A DNA stretch of 42,760 bases from Polyangiales bacterium. GTDB lineage: Bacteria; Myxococcota_A; Polyangia; Polyangiales; Houyiibacteriaceae. The position numbers and the translations under genes are program-made. The notes under the pieces are model-generated. The model ran no database searches and had not been told where the DNA came from. It was given only the letters and a program-made list of their open reading frames with translations. The stretch lies in contig JBGCFM010000142.1 in assembly GCA_045106895.1 (NCBI GenBank), forward strand, positions 1 through 42,760, read 5' to 3'. Positions 1-8,597 of this stretch are shown piece by piece (position 1 is the stretch's first letter; the number at the start of each line of letters is the position of its first letter).

Positions 1-1197
1 CAAAACCGCCACCGGCTGCGCCCGCCCAAGCACCGTCCACTGCAAAGCCGGCACAATCGTCGCCACCACATAAACGCCACAAGCCACCGCGACAAAAACC
101 AACGCCGCACCAAGCCGCGTCCGCAGCGCCGACACCAACACCAGAAACGGAATCGCATGCACAAAGTAGCGTTCGTGCACGCCGGTCATGAGCGTGCACA
201 TGGCGAGCTGGGACATGCCGGCCCACCAGACAAATGCGCGGGTTGAGAAGCTCGCGCGCTTCACTCTCCACAGCACACAAAGCTGCGTCACTCCCCACAA
301 GATCCAGCCCCAGGCGAAGCTTCCTACTCCCACAAAGCGGACGTCTTCGGAGAGGGTTCCTCCGCTGTAGAAGACGGACCAGATGCTGGCTCCGCTCGCT
401 ACGACGAGGTCGCCGTGAGAGGAGCCTCCGCCGGCGAGGATGAAGTGGAGGTGTCCGGAGTAGCCCGCGGGGAGCTGTAGGAAGGGGTCGGCGACGATTA
501 GTAAGAGTGGCGAGAGCAACGCTAGCGCCCAGAGCTTTGGGTTTTGCCATTGCCACAGGGCAACGAGGGCGAGGGCGACCAACGCGGGCGCGCAGAACCA
601 GGTGAGCTGTTTGGTGAGGAGGGCCGCCGTGAGTGAGAGGACAGCGACAATGAACGCGCGCGGGCTGCCGCTCTCGCGGAAGCGGAGAAGGGCCCAGGCT
701 GCTGCCACGAGAAAGGTGGTGCCGGCGATGTCGATTTGGCCGAAGAGCGCGCCCGTCGCCCAGGTGCTTGGGAGGAGGTAGAGGAAGAGGGCGAGGAGGC
801 GTGGCCGCTTGGAACCGAGGGCTCTTGCGAGGCCGGCGACGACTGGGATGAGGGCGACTTCCCAGAGGACCAAGCTCGCCTTCAGCACCGTTCGAAAGGT
901 GTCGAAGTCGAGTGCGCCGGCTTCGGAAGCGAAGGCTTCGACGAGTCGCGCGGGGCCGCACACGAAAAGCACGCCGAGGATGGGGTAGTTGATGCCGGGG
1001 CCGTCGCGGTAGAACGCGGCGCCCTCGCGAAACGAGAGGTACCACTCGTAGAAGAAGCGGATGTCGCCTTCGTGTCCGACGCTGTGATGAAAGAGCCACA
1101 GGACGAAGGGCAGGGCGAGCGCGAGGAGCGCGAAGAGCTTGGCGGAGGGCTCCTGCAGGAACGTGCGTGCTTCGACGGGGCTCTTCGCGGGAGTCAC
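1..1197 (-). CDS. GT-C fold integral membrane glycosyltransferase (mannosyltransferase-like), runs off the left edge
   Basis: Not in the ORF track because no stop lies in the window. Manual translation from GTG 1197: MTPAKSPVEARTFLQEPSAKLFALLALALPFVLWLFHHSVGHEGDIRFFYEWY...INYPILGV...ALFGQID...LTKQ...VHERYF. It has many TM segments and the GD / NYP / GQxD / KQ / HERY motifs of GT-C enzymes. Confidence 0.75.
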   Translation of the reverse strand, partial: MTPAKSPVEARTFLQEPSAKLFALLALALPFVLWLFHHSVGHEGDIRFFYEWYLSFREGAAFYRDGPGINYPILGVLFVCGPARLVEAFASEAGALDFDTFRTVLKASLVLWEVALIPVVAGLARALGSKRPRLLALFLYLLPSTWATGALFGQIDIAGTTFLVAAAWALLRFRESGSPRAFIVAVLSLTAALLTKQLTWFCAPALVALALVALWQWQNPKLWALALLSPLLLIVADPFLQLPAGYSGHLHFILAGGGSSHGDLVVASGASIWSVFYSGGTLSEDVRFVGVGSFAWGWILWGVTQLCVLWRVKRASFSTRAFVWWAGMSQLAMCTLMTGVHERYFVHAIPFLVLVSALRTRLGAALVFVAVACGVYVVATIVPALQWTVLGRAQPVAVL

Positions 1198-1262
1198 GCA
1201 GGCATGTATGCCGGTCCACGGAGCGCGCGCAAGTGCGCGTGGCGCGTGGTAGTTTCCGCGCA

Positions 1263-1760
1263 ATGATTCGTTTCCTCATCGCTGCGTCGATCCTCTGTAC
1301 CGCGTGCGACGCGCCCGACGAGACGCCCGCCGAGACGCCGGCCGAGATACCAGAGGTTCCGCAAGCGGTCAGCGAGCCCGAGTGCGCGCCGCTTCAGGTG
1401 ACGGTGGATGGCACGAGCGCTGAGTTCCCCCACGGACTCGCCGTGGAGAGCGACGAGGGTCTTGTGGTGCACCTCTTCAGCATGGAGGGCATCACCTGCG
1501 AAAACGTGCTCGCGGGTTTTTGGGCGAGTCCGCCGGGGATGGCTCATGTCTCCATTCGGCAACACGAGGGCAGGGGCTATGCCAGCACGGACAATCGGAC
1601 CACCGGCGCGGAGGTGCGCTCGATGGGGGACGCCGGCGCCGCGGGCAGCGACGTGTCTCTGTGCCTCGACGAAGAAGCCAGTTTTCGGCGAGGCGTAGGC
1701 AAGCCGCCTGTGGTGATGTCCGGTCACTTCGAGGGCACGTTCTGCGGCCGCGCGGAATAG
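1263..1760 (+). CDS. Hypothetical lipoprotein
   Basis: ATG 1263 gives MIRFLIAASILCTAC (lipobox), a Pro/Glu linker and a small Cys-containing domain, followed by a terminator. Confidence 0.7.
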   Translation: MIRFLIAASILCTACDAPDETPAETPAEIPEVPQAVSEPECAPLQVTVDGTSAEFPHGLAVESDEGLVVHLFSMEGITCENVLAGFWASPPGMAHVSIRQHEGRGYASTDNRTTGAEVRSMGDAGAAGSDVSLCLDEEASFRRGVGKPPVVMSGHFEGTFCGRAE

Positions 1761-1786
1761 CTCTTCAACGGAAACCCGAGCGCTCG

Positions 1787-1833
1787 AAAACGAAAAGGCT
1801 CCACCAGACATGATCTGGTGGAGCCTTCGTTTC
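1787..1833. terminator. Intrinsic terminator between convergent genes, probably bidirectional
   Basis: Perfect 14-bp stem AAGGCTCCACCAGA (1795-1808) / TCTGGTGGAGCCTT (1814-1827) with a 5-nt loop; T-rich tails on the minus strand (TTTTCGTTTT) and weakly on the plus strand. Confidence 0.8.
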
Positions 1834-1847
1834 GATTGCCTGAAGGT

Positions 1848-3335
1848 CTAGAACTCGACGATGAAACCGTCGTTGCCTGGGATGTAGTTCCAGTTCTCGA
1901 CGTTGTCGTTGAACGAGCCGTCCGGGAAGGTGGAGAGCCAGTGTTCGCCGGCGCCGCCGTTGCTGGGTTCGCCCGTCGCCCACGGAGCGAAGTCGAAGGG
2001 TTCACCCGAGGTCCATCGCCAACCGTCCGCGGGCTCGGCGTAGTCCGGGGCGCTTAGGTCTTGGAAGCCGCCGATCCAGAGCTGGCCCCAGCCGAGGGTG
2101 TCTCCGATGAAGGTCTGCTCCTCGGCGCTGGTGACCGACGCCAAGTAGCCAGGGCGGCCGCCGACTTGGAAACCTTCGGCTGCGGCGCGCGCATCTTCCC
2201 AGCGCATAAAGCGTCCGCTCACGCGGGCGTAGTAGTGACCGTTCGCCGAGTTGTAGACGATGGCGATTTCGGCGCGTGGGCCGGCGTTTTCGAGGTACCA
2301 CTGCTGGTCGAGGAAGCCGGTGTCTTCCATGCCGATGATGAGGCGGCCGCCGGCGTCTTCAAACATCACGCCGAGGCTTCGGTCGGGGCCCTGGAATTCA
2401 TTGACGAGATGGCATAGCCACGGGCTCTCGCCGGCGCCGGCGCCGGCGTCTCCACGCCCGGCGGCCGGAACGATTTCCCACTGCTGCCCGGAGAAGTTCC
2501 CGCCAGCGGCGAGAAGCGCGGAGCGGGTGCCGTCGCTTCCTTCCAGGTAGAGGTCTTCGCCGCCGAACTCGTTGCGAAGGAGGAGCGCGTCGCCGCGAGG
2601 CGTGAAGTTCCAGTAGCTGCCGCTGGTGTTGTCTGGCGTGAGGTGGGTTCCGAACCCGCCGCCGGCGAAGGTGTCGAGGCGGTCCGGGAACTGAGCGTTG
2701 CGGATGTGGTAGCGGTAGTTCGGGTCGACCATGAGCGTCGTGAAAGCGAGGGCTCCGTCGCCTTCGAAGGCGTTGCCGGCGACGTCGAGGACGCCGCTTG
2801 TGATGGTGATGTGGTGGGCGGTCTCAAACTCCTGGAAGTGACGACGGCTTGGGCGGAATGTCGCCTCGTTGCCCTCGACGCTCCAGATGCCGGGCATGCC
2901 CGTCGTTTCGTCAAAGACCTCGCCGTCCATGGCGCCGATGGGTCCGACGCGAATCGTCGATGCGTTGATGCTGGCGGGATCGACGGGCTCGGAGAATACG
3001 AGGCGAATCTCCGTGGCGATGGCGACGCCTTCGGACCCGTCGGCGGGGACCGATGACACGAGCGAAGGGCCAGGATCGATCTCGCAAGTGTCGGTGCAGC
3101 CGAGGCCGCCGTCGCAGGGTTCGCCGTTGTTGACGATGCCATCGCCGCAGACCTCAACGACACAGCGCGCGCTGCATCCGTCTCCGTCTTCGGTGTTGTC
3201 GTCGTCGCACTCTTCACCGGCGTCTTGGGTGCCGTCTCCGCACGACATCATGGGGCCGCTGTCCATCACGGCGGCGTCCAGGACGCTTCTAAGCGTGTGT
3301 TCACTCTCGCTACGTAGAAGCCGTGCGAATCCCAT
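1848..3335 (-). CDS. Multi-domain lectin: myxobacterial Cys-rich repeats + Ig-like (Big_5) + ricin-type beta-trefoil + C-type lectin
   Basis: CGDG...EECDDDN...GDGCSARC repeats; SVPADGSEGV...IRLVFSEPVDPASI (Big_5); three QxW-like subrepeats (SYWNF, QQWEI, QQWYL); WEDARAAA...LASVTSAEEQ...WIGG...WRWTSGEPFDFAPWATGEPSN (C-type lectin). Start uncertain (3335 or 3266). Confidence 0.8.
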   Translation of the reverse strand: MGFARLLRSESEHTLRSVLDAAVMDSGPMMSCGDGTQDAGEECDDDNTEDGDGCSARCVVEVCGDGIVNNGEPCDGGLGCTDTCEIDPGPSLVSSVPADGSEGVAIATEIRLVFSEPVDPASINASTIRVGPIGAMDGEVFDETTGMPGIWSVEGNEATFRPSRRHFQEFETAHHITITSGVLDVAGNAFEGDGALAFTTLMVDPNYRYHIRNAQFPDRLDTFAGGGFGTHLTPDNTSGSYWNFTPRGDALLLRNEFGGEDLYLEGSDGTRSALLAAGGNFSGQQWEIVPAAGRGDAGAGAGESPWLCHLVNEFQGPDRSLGVMFEDAGGRLIIGMEDTGFLDQQWYLENAGPRAEIAIVYNSANGHYYARVSGRFMRWEDARAAAEGFQVGGRPGYLASVTSAEEQTFIGDTLGWGQLWIGGFQDLSAPDYAEPADGWRWTSGEPFDFAPWATGEPSNGGAGEHWLSTFPDGSFNDNVENWNYIPGNDGFIVEF

Positions 3336-3455
3336 CAGGGTTTTTTCAAATAGCGACGAGAGGTCGGCTGAAGAGCTTGGCCAAGCGGGCGCTTTCGTGG
3401 GTTTTGGCGGCGTTGGCCCCATACGTTGAAATAAGGGGTTGGCCTGCATCGAAGA

Positions 3456-5735
3456 ATGCCCCATCCCTCTGCCGTGTCCGCTCCGAACCCTCAGCTCGCC
3501 CCGCGGACGAACCTTCGCGGACTGGCCCACTGGCGCACGGACCTGCTCGCGGGCTTTACCGTGGCTTTGGTCGCGCTGCCTTTGGCGTTTGGAATCGCGA
3601 CGGCGGCCGGGGCGCCTCCTATCTCCGGCGTGGTCTCAGCGATCATCGCCGGCGTCTTGGCGACGTTCCTCCGCGGCAGCCATGTCGCCATCAACGGGCC
3701 CGGAAACAGCCTCATCGTCATCATCGCCTTGGCGCTGGTGTCCTTCGGCGACGCCGCCAGCCCGTTTCCTCATGTGCTCGGCGCGGTGGTCGTGGCCGGC
3801 GGCGTCCAAGTGCTCTTCGGCGTCATGCGTCTCGGGCGCCTCGGCGACCTGCTCCCAACGGCGGTCATCCAAGGCATGTTGACGGCCATCGGCCTCATCA
3901 TCATCGGCAAACAAGCACATGTCTTGCTGGGCAAGTCGGCGGCGGGCTTCAGCCCCGTGGAGGCCTTCACGGAGCTTCCCGTCAGCGCGCTCTCCCTCGA
4001 GCCCATCGCGGCGACGGTGGGCATCTTGAGCCTCGTGGTGCTCATGGCGCACCCGCGCATCAAAGCGAAGCTCATCCACTTTGTGCCTGCGCCGCTCTGG
4101 GTCGTCGTGCTCTCGGTTCCTGTGGTGCTTGGACTCGCCGCGGTGCTCCAGCCGGGCGTGCCCCTCTCCACGGACCTCTTCGTTTCAATCCCCGATGACC
4201 TCCTCGGCAGCATCGTGCGACCGGACTTCTCGCGCATTGGCACCGGGGACTTCTGGCTCGTCGTCGCCACCATCACGCTGGTGACGTCCATCGAGAACAT
4301 TGTGAGCGTGAAGGCCGTCGACAAGCTGGACTCGCACCGCCGTCGCTCGAACCTCAACCGCGACCTCGTCGCCATGGGCCTGAGCTCCATTGCGGCGGCG
4401 TTCCTCGGTGGTCTGCCGGTGCTCACCGTCGTCGCTCGCAGCTCCGTCAACGTCAACCACGGCGCCGTCACCGGTTGGTCGAACTTTTTCCACGGCGTCA
4501 TCCTGCTCGTGTGCGTTGTCTTCTTGGCGCCCGCCATTGAGATGATCCCGCTCCCTGCGCTGGCAGCGATTCTTGTCTACACGGGCTACAAACTCGCCGC
4601 GCCCCAAGTGCTCAAAGACGCCCTTCGGCGAGGACCGGATTTCTTCTTGGTCTTCGGCACGACGGTGGGCGCGACGCTTGTCTGGGGGCTGCTCTGGGGC
4701 ATCGCCATCGGCCTCGCGGCGGAGATCTGTAGCCACATGTTGATCCTCGGCTTGCCTCCCATGGAGGCGCTGCGGCGGGCGAGGGGCACACGCGTGGAGA
4801 CGATGCGCGAAGACGGAGGCCCCTACCTGATTCGCATTCATGGCGTGGCGAACTTCCTCAACATCCCGCGCATTCGGCGCGTGTTTGAGAACCTGAAGGC
4901 GGAACAGACGCAGCTAGTTTTGGACTTTAGCCCGGCGCTCCTCGTGGACACGACGGTGCTCGAGTACTGCCACGAGTTTGGGCGGCGTTTCGAGCAGACC
5001 GTGGACGGCGGCCGCTTCGAGTTCGTCGGCCTTGAGTCTCATCGTGTCCTCGCAGACCACCCAGACACCTTGCACGCGCTGGAACGCAGCAAGCACGGCG
5101 TACGCCTGACGCCGCGGCAGAAGAATCTGGAAACCCTCGCGGCGGAGCGGGGCTGGACCTTCGACGCGCGCCGCGACTGGGACCCGGACCACCTCGACGA
5201 GTTTCACTTCTTCCGCATCCATCCCATCGAGTACCGCGACACGGTGATCAAGGGCCGCTGCGAGGCGGAAGCGCATGGACAAGCGGTGGAGTTCAGTCTC
5301 TCGGATGTCACCTTCGACGAAGGTGTGCTGATCCCGGAGGTCTATCACACGACGGTGCTGCACCTGCATCTGCCCTTCGCCATCCCCGAGGTGGTCATGG
5401 AGAAGGAAGGGCTCCTCGACCGTGTCCTTGAGCTCGCCGGGCTCCACGACATCAACTTCAAGGACAACGCGGCGTTCTCGCGCAAGTTCGTGGTCCGAGG
5501 CCCCGACGAAGCTGCGATTCGCGCTTTTTTGACGCCGGAGCTGCTGACGTTCTTCGTGGACAAGGAGGCCTATCACATCGAGAGCGCGGGCCGTGAGCTC
5601 GCGATCTTCAACGCCTTCAGTCGTCGCGCGACGTCTCACGAAGTGGAGCGGGTGCTGGACTTTAGTGAGCGTCTCGCGGAGCTCTTGGTGGCGCACCCTT
5701 CTTGGGCAGACAAAGACTCCGCCTCAGCAGCCTGA
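3456..5735 (+). CDS. SulP-family anion permease with STAS domain and long C-terminal extension
   Basis: DLLAGFTVALVALPLAFGIA and INGPG motifs, NRDLVAMG, ARSSVNV, IPLPALAAILVYTGYKL, STAS-like VLDFS...VDTT segment. Confidence 0.92.
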   Translation: MPHPSAVSAPNPQLAPRTNLRGLAHWRTDLLAGFTVALVALPLAFGIATAAGAPPISGVVSAIIAGVLATFLRGSHVAINGPGNSLIVIIALALVSFGDAASPFPHVLGAVVVAGGVQVLFGVMRLGRLGDLLPTAVIQGMLTAIGLIIIGKQAHVLLGKSAAGFSPVEAFTELPVSALSLEPIAATVGILSLVVLMAHPRIKAKLIHFVPAPLWVVVLSVPVVLGLAAVLQPGVPLSTDLFVSIPDDLLGSIVRPDFSRIGTGDFWLVVATITLVTSIENIVSVKAVDKLDSHRRRSNLNRDLVAMGLSSIAAAFLGGLPVLTVVARSSVNVNHGAVTGWSNFFHGVILLVCVVFLAPAIEMIPLPALAAILVYTGYKLAAPQVLKDALRRGPDFFLVFGTTVGATLVWGLLWGIAIGLAAEICSHMLILGLPPMEALRRARGTRVETMREDGGPYLIRIHGVANFLNIPRIRRVFENLKAEQTQLVLDFSPALLVDTTVLEYCHEFGRRFEQTVDGGRFEFVGLESHRVLADHPDTLHALERSKHGVRLTPRQKNLETLAAERGWTFDARRDWDPDHLDEFHFFRIHPIEYRDTVIKGRCEAEAHGQAVEFSLSDVTFDEGVLIPEVYHTTVLHLHLPFAIPEVVMEKEGLLDRVLELAGLHDINFKDNAAFSRKFVVRGPDEAAIRAFLTPELLTFFVDKEAYHIESAGRELAIFNAFSRRATSHEVERVLDFSERLAELLVAHPSWADKDSASAA

Positions 5736-5739
5736 GGGC

Positions 5740-6666
5740 TCACTCGAGGACTAAACGAAACCCTCCGTCCGACGCGTTTTGAATGAGGCCCACCAGCTCG
5801 TCGAACATCGTGCGCGCCCCCGATTCTGCCTGTTCGAGCTGAGCTGCGCTGGGGTGTGGCAAGCCACTTGTGGCCGCACGTTCGATGTCGCGGTTCAGCT
5901 CTCGGACGAGCGCCGCGCTGTCGAGGACGAGGCGTGACGCGCCGGAGTCTCGCCAGTGAATCGTGGCTGGCGCGTCGAGGCCGAAGCCGCCGTGTAGCGC
6001 GTCGAAGAGCGCTATGGTGTGGGTGCCGAAGTAGCCACCGGGGCCGTTCACCGCTTCGCCCAGAGCGCAGTAGAACGACGCCACGTCTTCGATGAGCGAG
6101 CCTTCGAGGATGACGGTCTTGCCGGTGGCGCGTGGCGTCGGGCTGCGTTTTGCCTGGGCAAAGAAGGCATCGCGGACACTTTGAAGCCAGGACCACTTCT
6201 CGTCTTCGCGAAGACTGCGCCACTCGCCTGTGGCGGCAGGAGGTTTCCACGGAATGATGGGCAGCGCCCAGGAGCGCGCGATGCGCACGAGCTCCGGAAG
6301 CGAGCTTGGGTCGAAGGGGATCGGGTCGAAGGTCATGCGCACTCTGGTGTCTATGTCGGTGCCGAGGAGTCCGGTGACGGCCATGGCGCCGGCGCGTGAG
6401 GTGTTCAGAACCTCGAGCTTCAGCTCGCCTGGGCTGATGCTCTCGAGCGAGGCTTTTCCCCGGCGCGTCTTTTCGAGCTGACTCAGCTCTTGGCAGAAGT
6501 CCTGCCACTGAGCGCGGTGAACGCAGGTTTCGGCGGCGCCGCGAAAGCCGGAGGTCTGGACAAGAGTGCTCACGTGGTAGTCGTCACCTGCTTCCAGCAC
6601 GAGGCAAAGCTCGACGAACTGATGCTTGTCTCCGAAGCGTATATCTTCGCGTTTGGCGCCGCTCAT
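5740..6666 (-). CDS. Barstar-family domain protein with an additional N-terminal domain
   Basis: Start at ATG 6666 (MSGAKREDIRFG), just after the upstream stop at 6695. C-terminal LEGSLIEDVASFYCALGEAVNGPGGYFG...ALFDALHGGFG...IHWRD is the barstar-like signature. Confidence 0.78.
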   Translation of the reverse strand: MSGAKREDIRFGDKHQFVELCLVLEAGDDYHVSTLVQTSGFRGAAETCVHRAQWQDFCQELSQLEKTRRGKASLESISPGELKLEVLNTSRAGAMAVTGLLGTDIDTRVRMTFDPIPFDPSSLPELVRIARSWALPIIPWKPPAATGEWRSLREDEKWSWLQSVRDAFFAQAKRSPTPRATGKTVILEGSLIEDVASFYCALGEAVNGPGGYFGTHTIALFDALHGGFGLDAPATIHWRDSGASRLVLDSAALVRELNRDIERAATSGLPHPSAAQLEQAESGARTMFDELVGLIQNASDGGFRLVLE

Positions 6667-6694
6667 AGGCGACGCCTTAGCATGGCGCAGGCGC

Positions 6695-7285
6695 CTAGAG
6701 ACAGCCGAGCGTGCAGGCGACGAGGTCGTCGTCGACGCAGCTGACGAAGGCGTCGTTGTCCGCGGGCAAACGGGTGACGCAGCGCTCCCGGCAGGAGGGG
6801 TTGACGCCAAAGTCACAGTCTTCGTAGCGGTCGCAGGCCTGCCTGCAGCGTGCTTCGGCTTCGACGCCTCCGGACAACATCGAAAAGCAGGACGGCATGT
6901 CGAGGGGGAAGTTGCAGTTGAACGAGCCCGGGCCCTCGGTGCAGGTCGCAAAGCCGCTTCGTCGCGCGTCGCCGCTCGAGTCGCACAGCTCAAAGCAGAG
7001 GCTGGCGTTGAAGGAGCCGCAGTTGATGTTCTGCTCTTCGCAGCCGGCGCGACACGCGAGCTGCGCGGCGGTCGTGCCGGCATCTGTGGCTGCGTCCCTG
7101 CCCGCGTCGTGGGCGCCCGCGTCGTCGCCGGCCGCGTCGAGTCCAGAAGCGGAGTCGGTGCCGCTGTCAAAAGGCGCTACCGCATCAATGGCGCCGCCGT
7201 CTTGCGATGATGAAGCGTCCTGGTCTCCGAACTCGAGTGTCGTCGTACAACCAAGGGTGAAGAGGAGAATCAGACAGCGGCTCAT
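6695..7285 (-). CDS. Cys-rich lipoprotein with DAG-type linker
   Basis: MSRCLILLFTLGC lipobox, D-[AGS]-[AGS] repeats, two CxxxC-rich repeats; ATGA overlap with the upstream gene. Confidence 0.8.
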   Translation of the reverse strand: MSRCLILLFTLGCTTTLEFGDQDASSSQDGGAIDAVAPFDSGTDSASGLDAAGDDAGAHDAGRDAATDAGTTAAQLACRAGCEEQNINCGSFNASLCFELCDSSGDARRSGFATCTEGPGSFNCNFPLDMPSCFSMLSGGVEAEARCRQACDRYEDCDFGVNPSCRERCVTRLPADNDAFVSCVDDDLVACTLGCL

Positions 7286-8103
7286 GGCGTGGCTCCAGGC
7301 TCAGGGCTCGGTTCTTCGGTGGGGCCGACCTCTTCGTCGAGCGTGCGCCGGTAAGGACTGTTTGGGTAACGAGACTCGAAGCGCTGGAGGGCGCGGCGTG
7401 CGCGCACGCGTTGTCCAAGGCCGACCAAGGCGCGGATGCGCAAGGCTTCACGGTCTTCGACGAGGCTTCCTCGTGGGTAGTCCGTTTCGTGGCGAAGAAG
7501 CGTACGAAGCGCTTCGGAGAAGGCGCGCTGACCAAGCGCAGTCCGAGCGCGATCGATCAAGACCCGCTCCGGGCGCGTTCGGTCTGTTGGCGGTTCTTCT
7601 TCGTCTGCTGTCGCCTCGACGCCCTCGTCCCGTGCGTCCGGCTGAGCGCTTTCACGCCGGGCACGCCGAGGACGAGCGGGCTCCTGCGTTTCAGTTTCGG
7701 GCGCCAAGGCAAGTTCCGGCTCGGGCGTGGGCTCCGGCGTCACTGGGGGTTCAATGGGGGCCGCGGGATCAGGCGCGACTTCGGGCGCGAGGACCTGCGC
7801 AGCGGGCTCCTCAGGCGCGGGTTCTTGCAGCCAGCGCGCGCCATATCCCAGCGCCGCGCTGATGAGCGCGATGGACAGGAGCTTGGCGAGGCTGCCTCCG
7901 GTGGACGGGGCGGTGGGCGGACCGCCGCCATCGCCGCCATCGCCGCCATCGCCGCCATCGCCGCCATCGCCGCCGTCCGGCGCGTCGATGCGATTCTGCA
8001 CGGCGGAGCGAAGGGCGTCGTGGACGTCCTGGGGAAGGGCCTCCACCTCGCGCTCGGCGTTGAGAAGCTCTTCGAGTTCTGGGCTCATCGGTTTACGCGT
8101 CAT
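7282..8103 (-). CDS. Putative anti-sigma factor: single TM, Pro/Glu stalk, C-terminal TPR-like domain
   Basis: Overlaps the ECF stop (ATGA). TM LLSIALISAALGYGA; C-terminal ERVLIDRARTAL...YPRGSLVEDREALRIRALVGLG...FESRYPNSPY is TPR-like. Confidence 0.75.
   Translation of the reverse strand: MTRKPMSPELEELLNAEREVEALPQDVHDALRSAVQNRIDAPDGGDGGDGGDGGDGGDGGGPPTAPSTGGSLAKLLSIALISAALGYGARWLQEPAPEEPAAQVLAPEVAPDPAAPIEPPVTPEPTPEPELALAPETETQEPARPRRARRESAQPDARDEGVEATADEEEPPTDRTRPERVLIDRARTALGQRAFSEALRTLLRHETDYPRGSLVEDREALRIRALVGLGQRVRARRALQRFESRYPNSPYRRTLDEEVGPTEEPSPEPGATP
7923..7976. repeat. 9-bp tandem repeat (CGCCGCCAT, about 5 copies) encoding (GGD)n
   Basis: Directly visible; in frame within 7282..8103 as DGGDGGDGGDGGDGGDGGG. 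Confidence 0.9.
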
Positions 8104-8597
8104 GGCAGCCCCCTCGCGTCGAGTGCGCCGCGGAATCGGCGCCGAGCGGTCTTGACCTGAACGTAGACGCTGGCCACCGGGATCTCCAAAACGTCGGCGA
8201 TCTCCGGAGCCGTGAAGCCGTCGAGCTCATACATACAGAATACAGAGCGTAGCGTTTCGTCGAGCTCTTGGAGTCCAATCAAGACGATACCGCGGGCTGT
8301 CTTCTTGTCGACTTCCCGTTCCGGCGTGTCCTTGGACTCAAGGTTCTCTGGCAATGCCGTCGAAGAGTGCGCGTTTCGTGCGAGGCGCCGGTAGTTCGCG
8401 GCGATGCGGTGGCAGAAACCAAAGATCCAGGGCTTGACCGGTCGTGAGGAGTCGAAGCGCGCGAGGTGACGGTGCAGCGCGACGAAGGCGTTCTGCGCTT
8501 CGTCGAGGACGTCGCCTTCGGCCACTCCGAGTCGCCGAAGCGAACGCACCACATACGACGCGTGTTCGTCGTAAAGTGCCTCGAAGGTGAGGCTCAT
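8100..8597 (-). CDS. ECF-family RNA polymerase sigma factor
   Basis: Region 2 (FEALYDEHASYVVRSLRRLGV...DEAQNAF...KPWIFG) and region 4 (LRSVFCMYELDGFTAPEIADVLEIPVASV); 165 aa. Confidence 0.93.
   Translation of the reverse strand: MSLTFEALYDEHASYVVRSLRRLGVAEGDVLDEAQNAFVALHRHLARFDSSRPVKPWIFGFCHRIAANYRRLARNAHSSTALPENLESKDTPEREVDKKTARGIVLIGLQELDETLRSVFCMYELDGFTAPEIADVLEIPVASVYVQVKTARRRFRGALDARGLP

Noticed and set aside
188..1266. Plus-strand ORFs 188..370, 234..443 and 736..1266
   Set aside because: Antisense shadows of the GT-C gene.
6667..7170. N-terminal extension of the 476-aa ORF 5740..7170
   Set aside because: It overlaps the lipoprotein gene in another frame and has low-complexity Ala/Arg/Thr content; the real start is 6666.
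7923..7976. 9-bp tandem repeat as a phase-variation switch or CRISPR
   Set aside because: Unit length is a multiple of 3, there are no spacers, and it only changes the length of a Gly/Asp linker.
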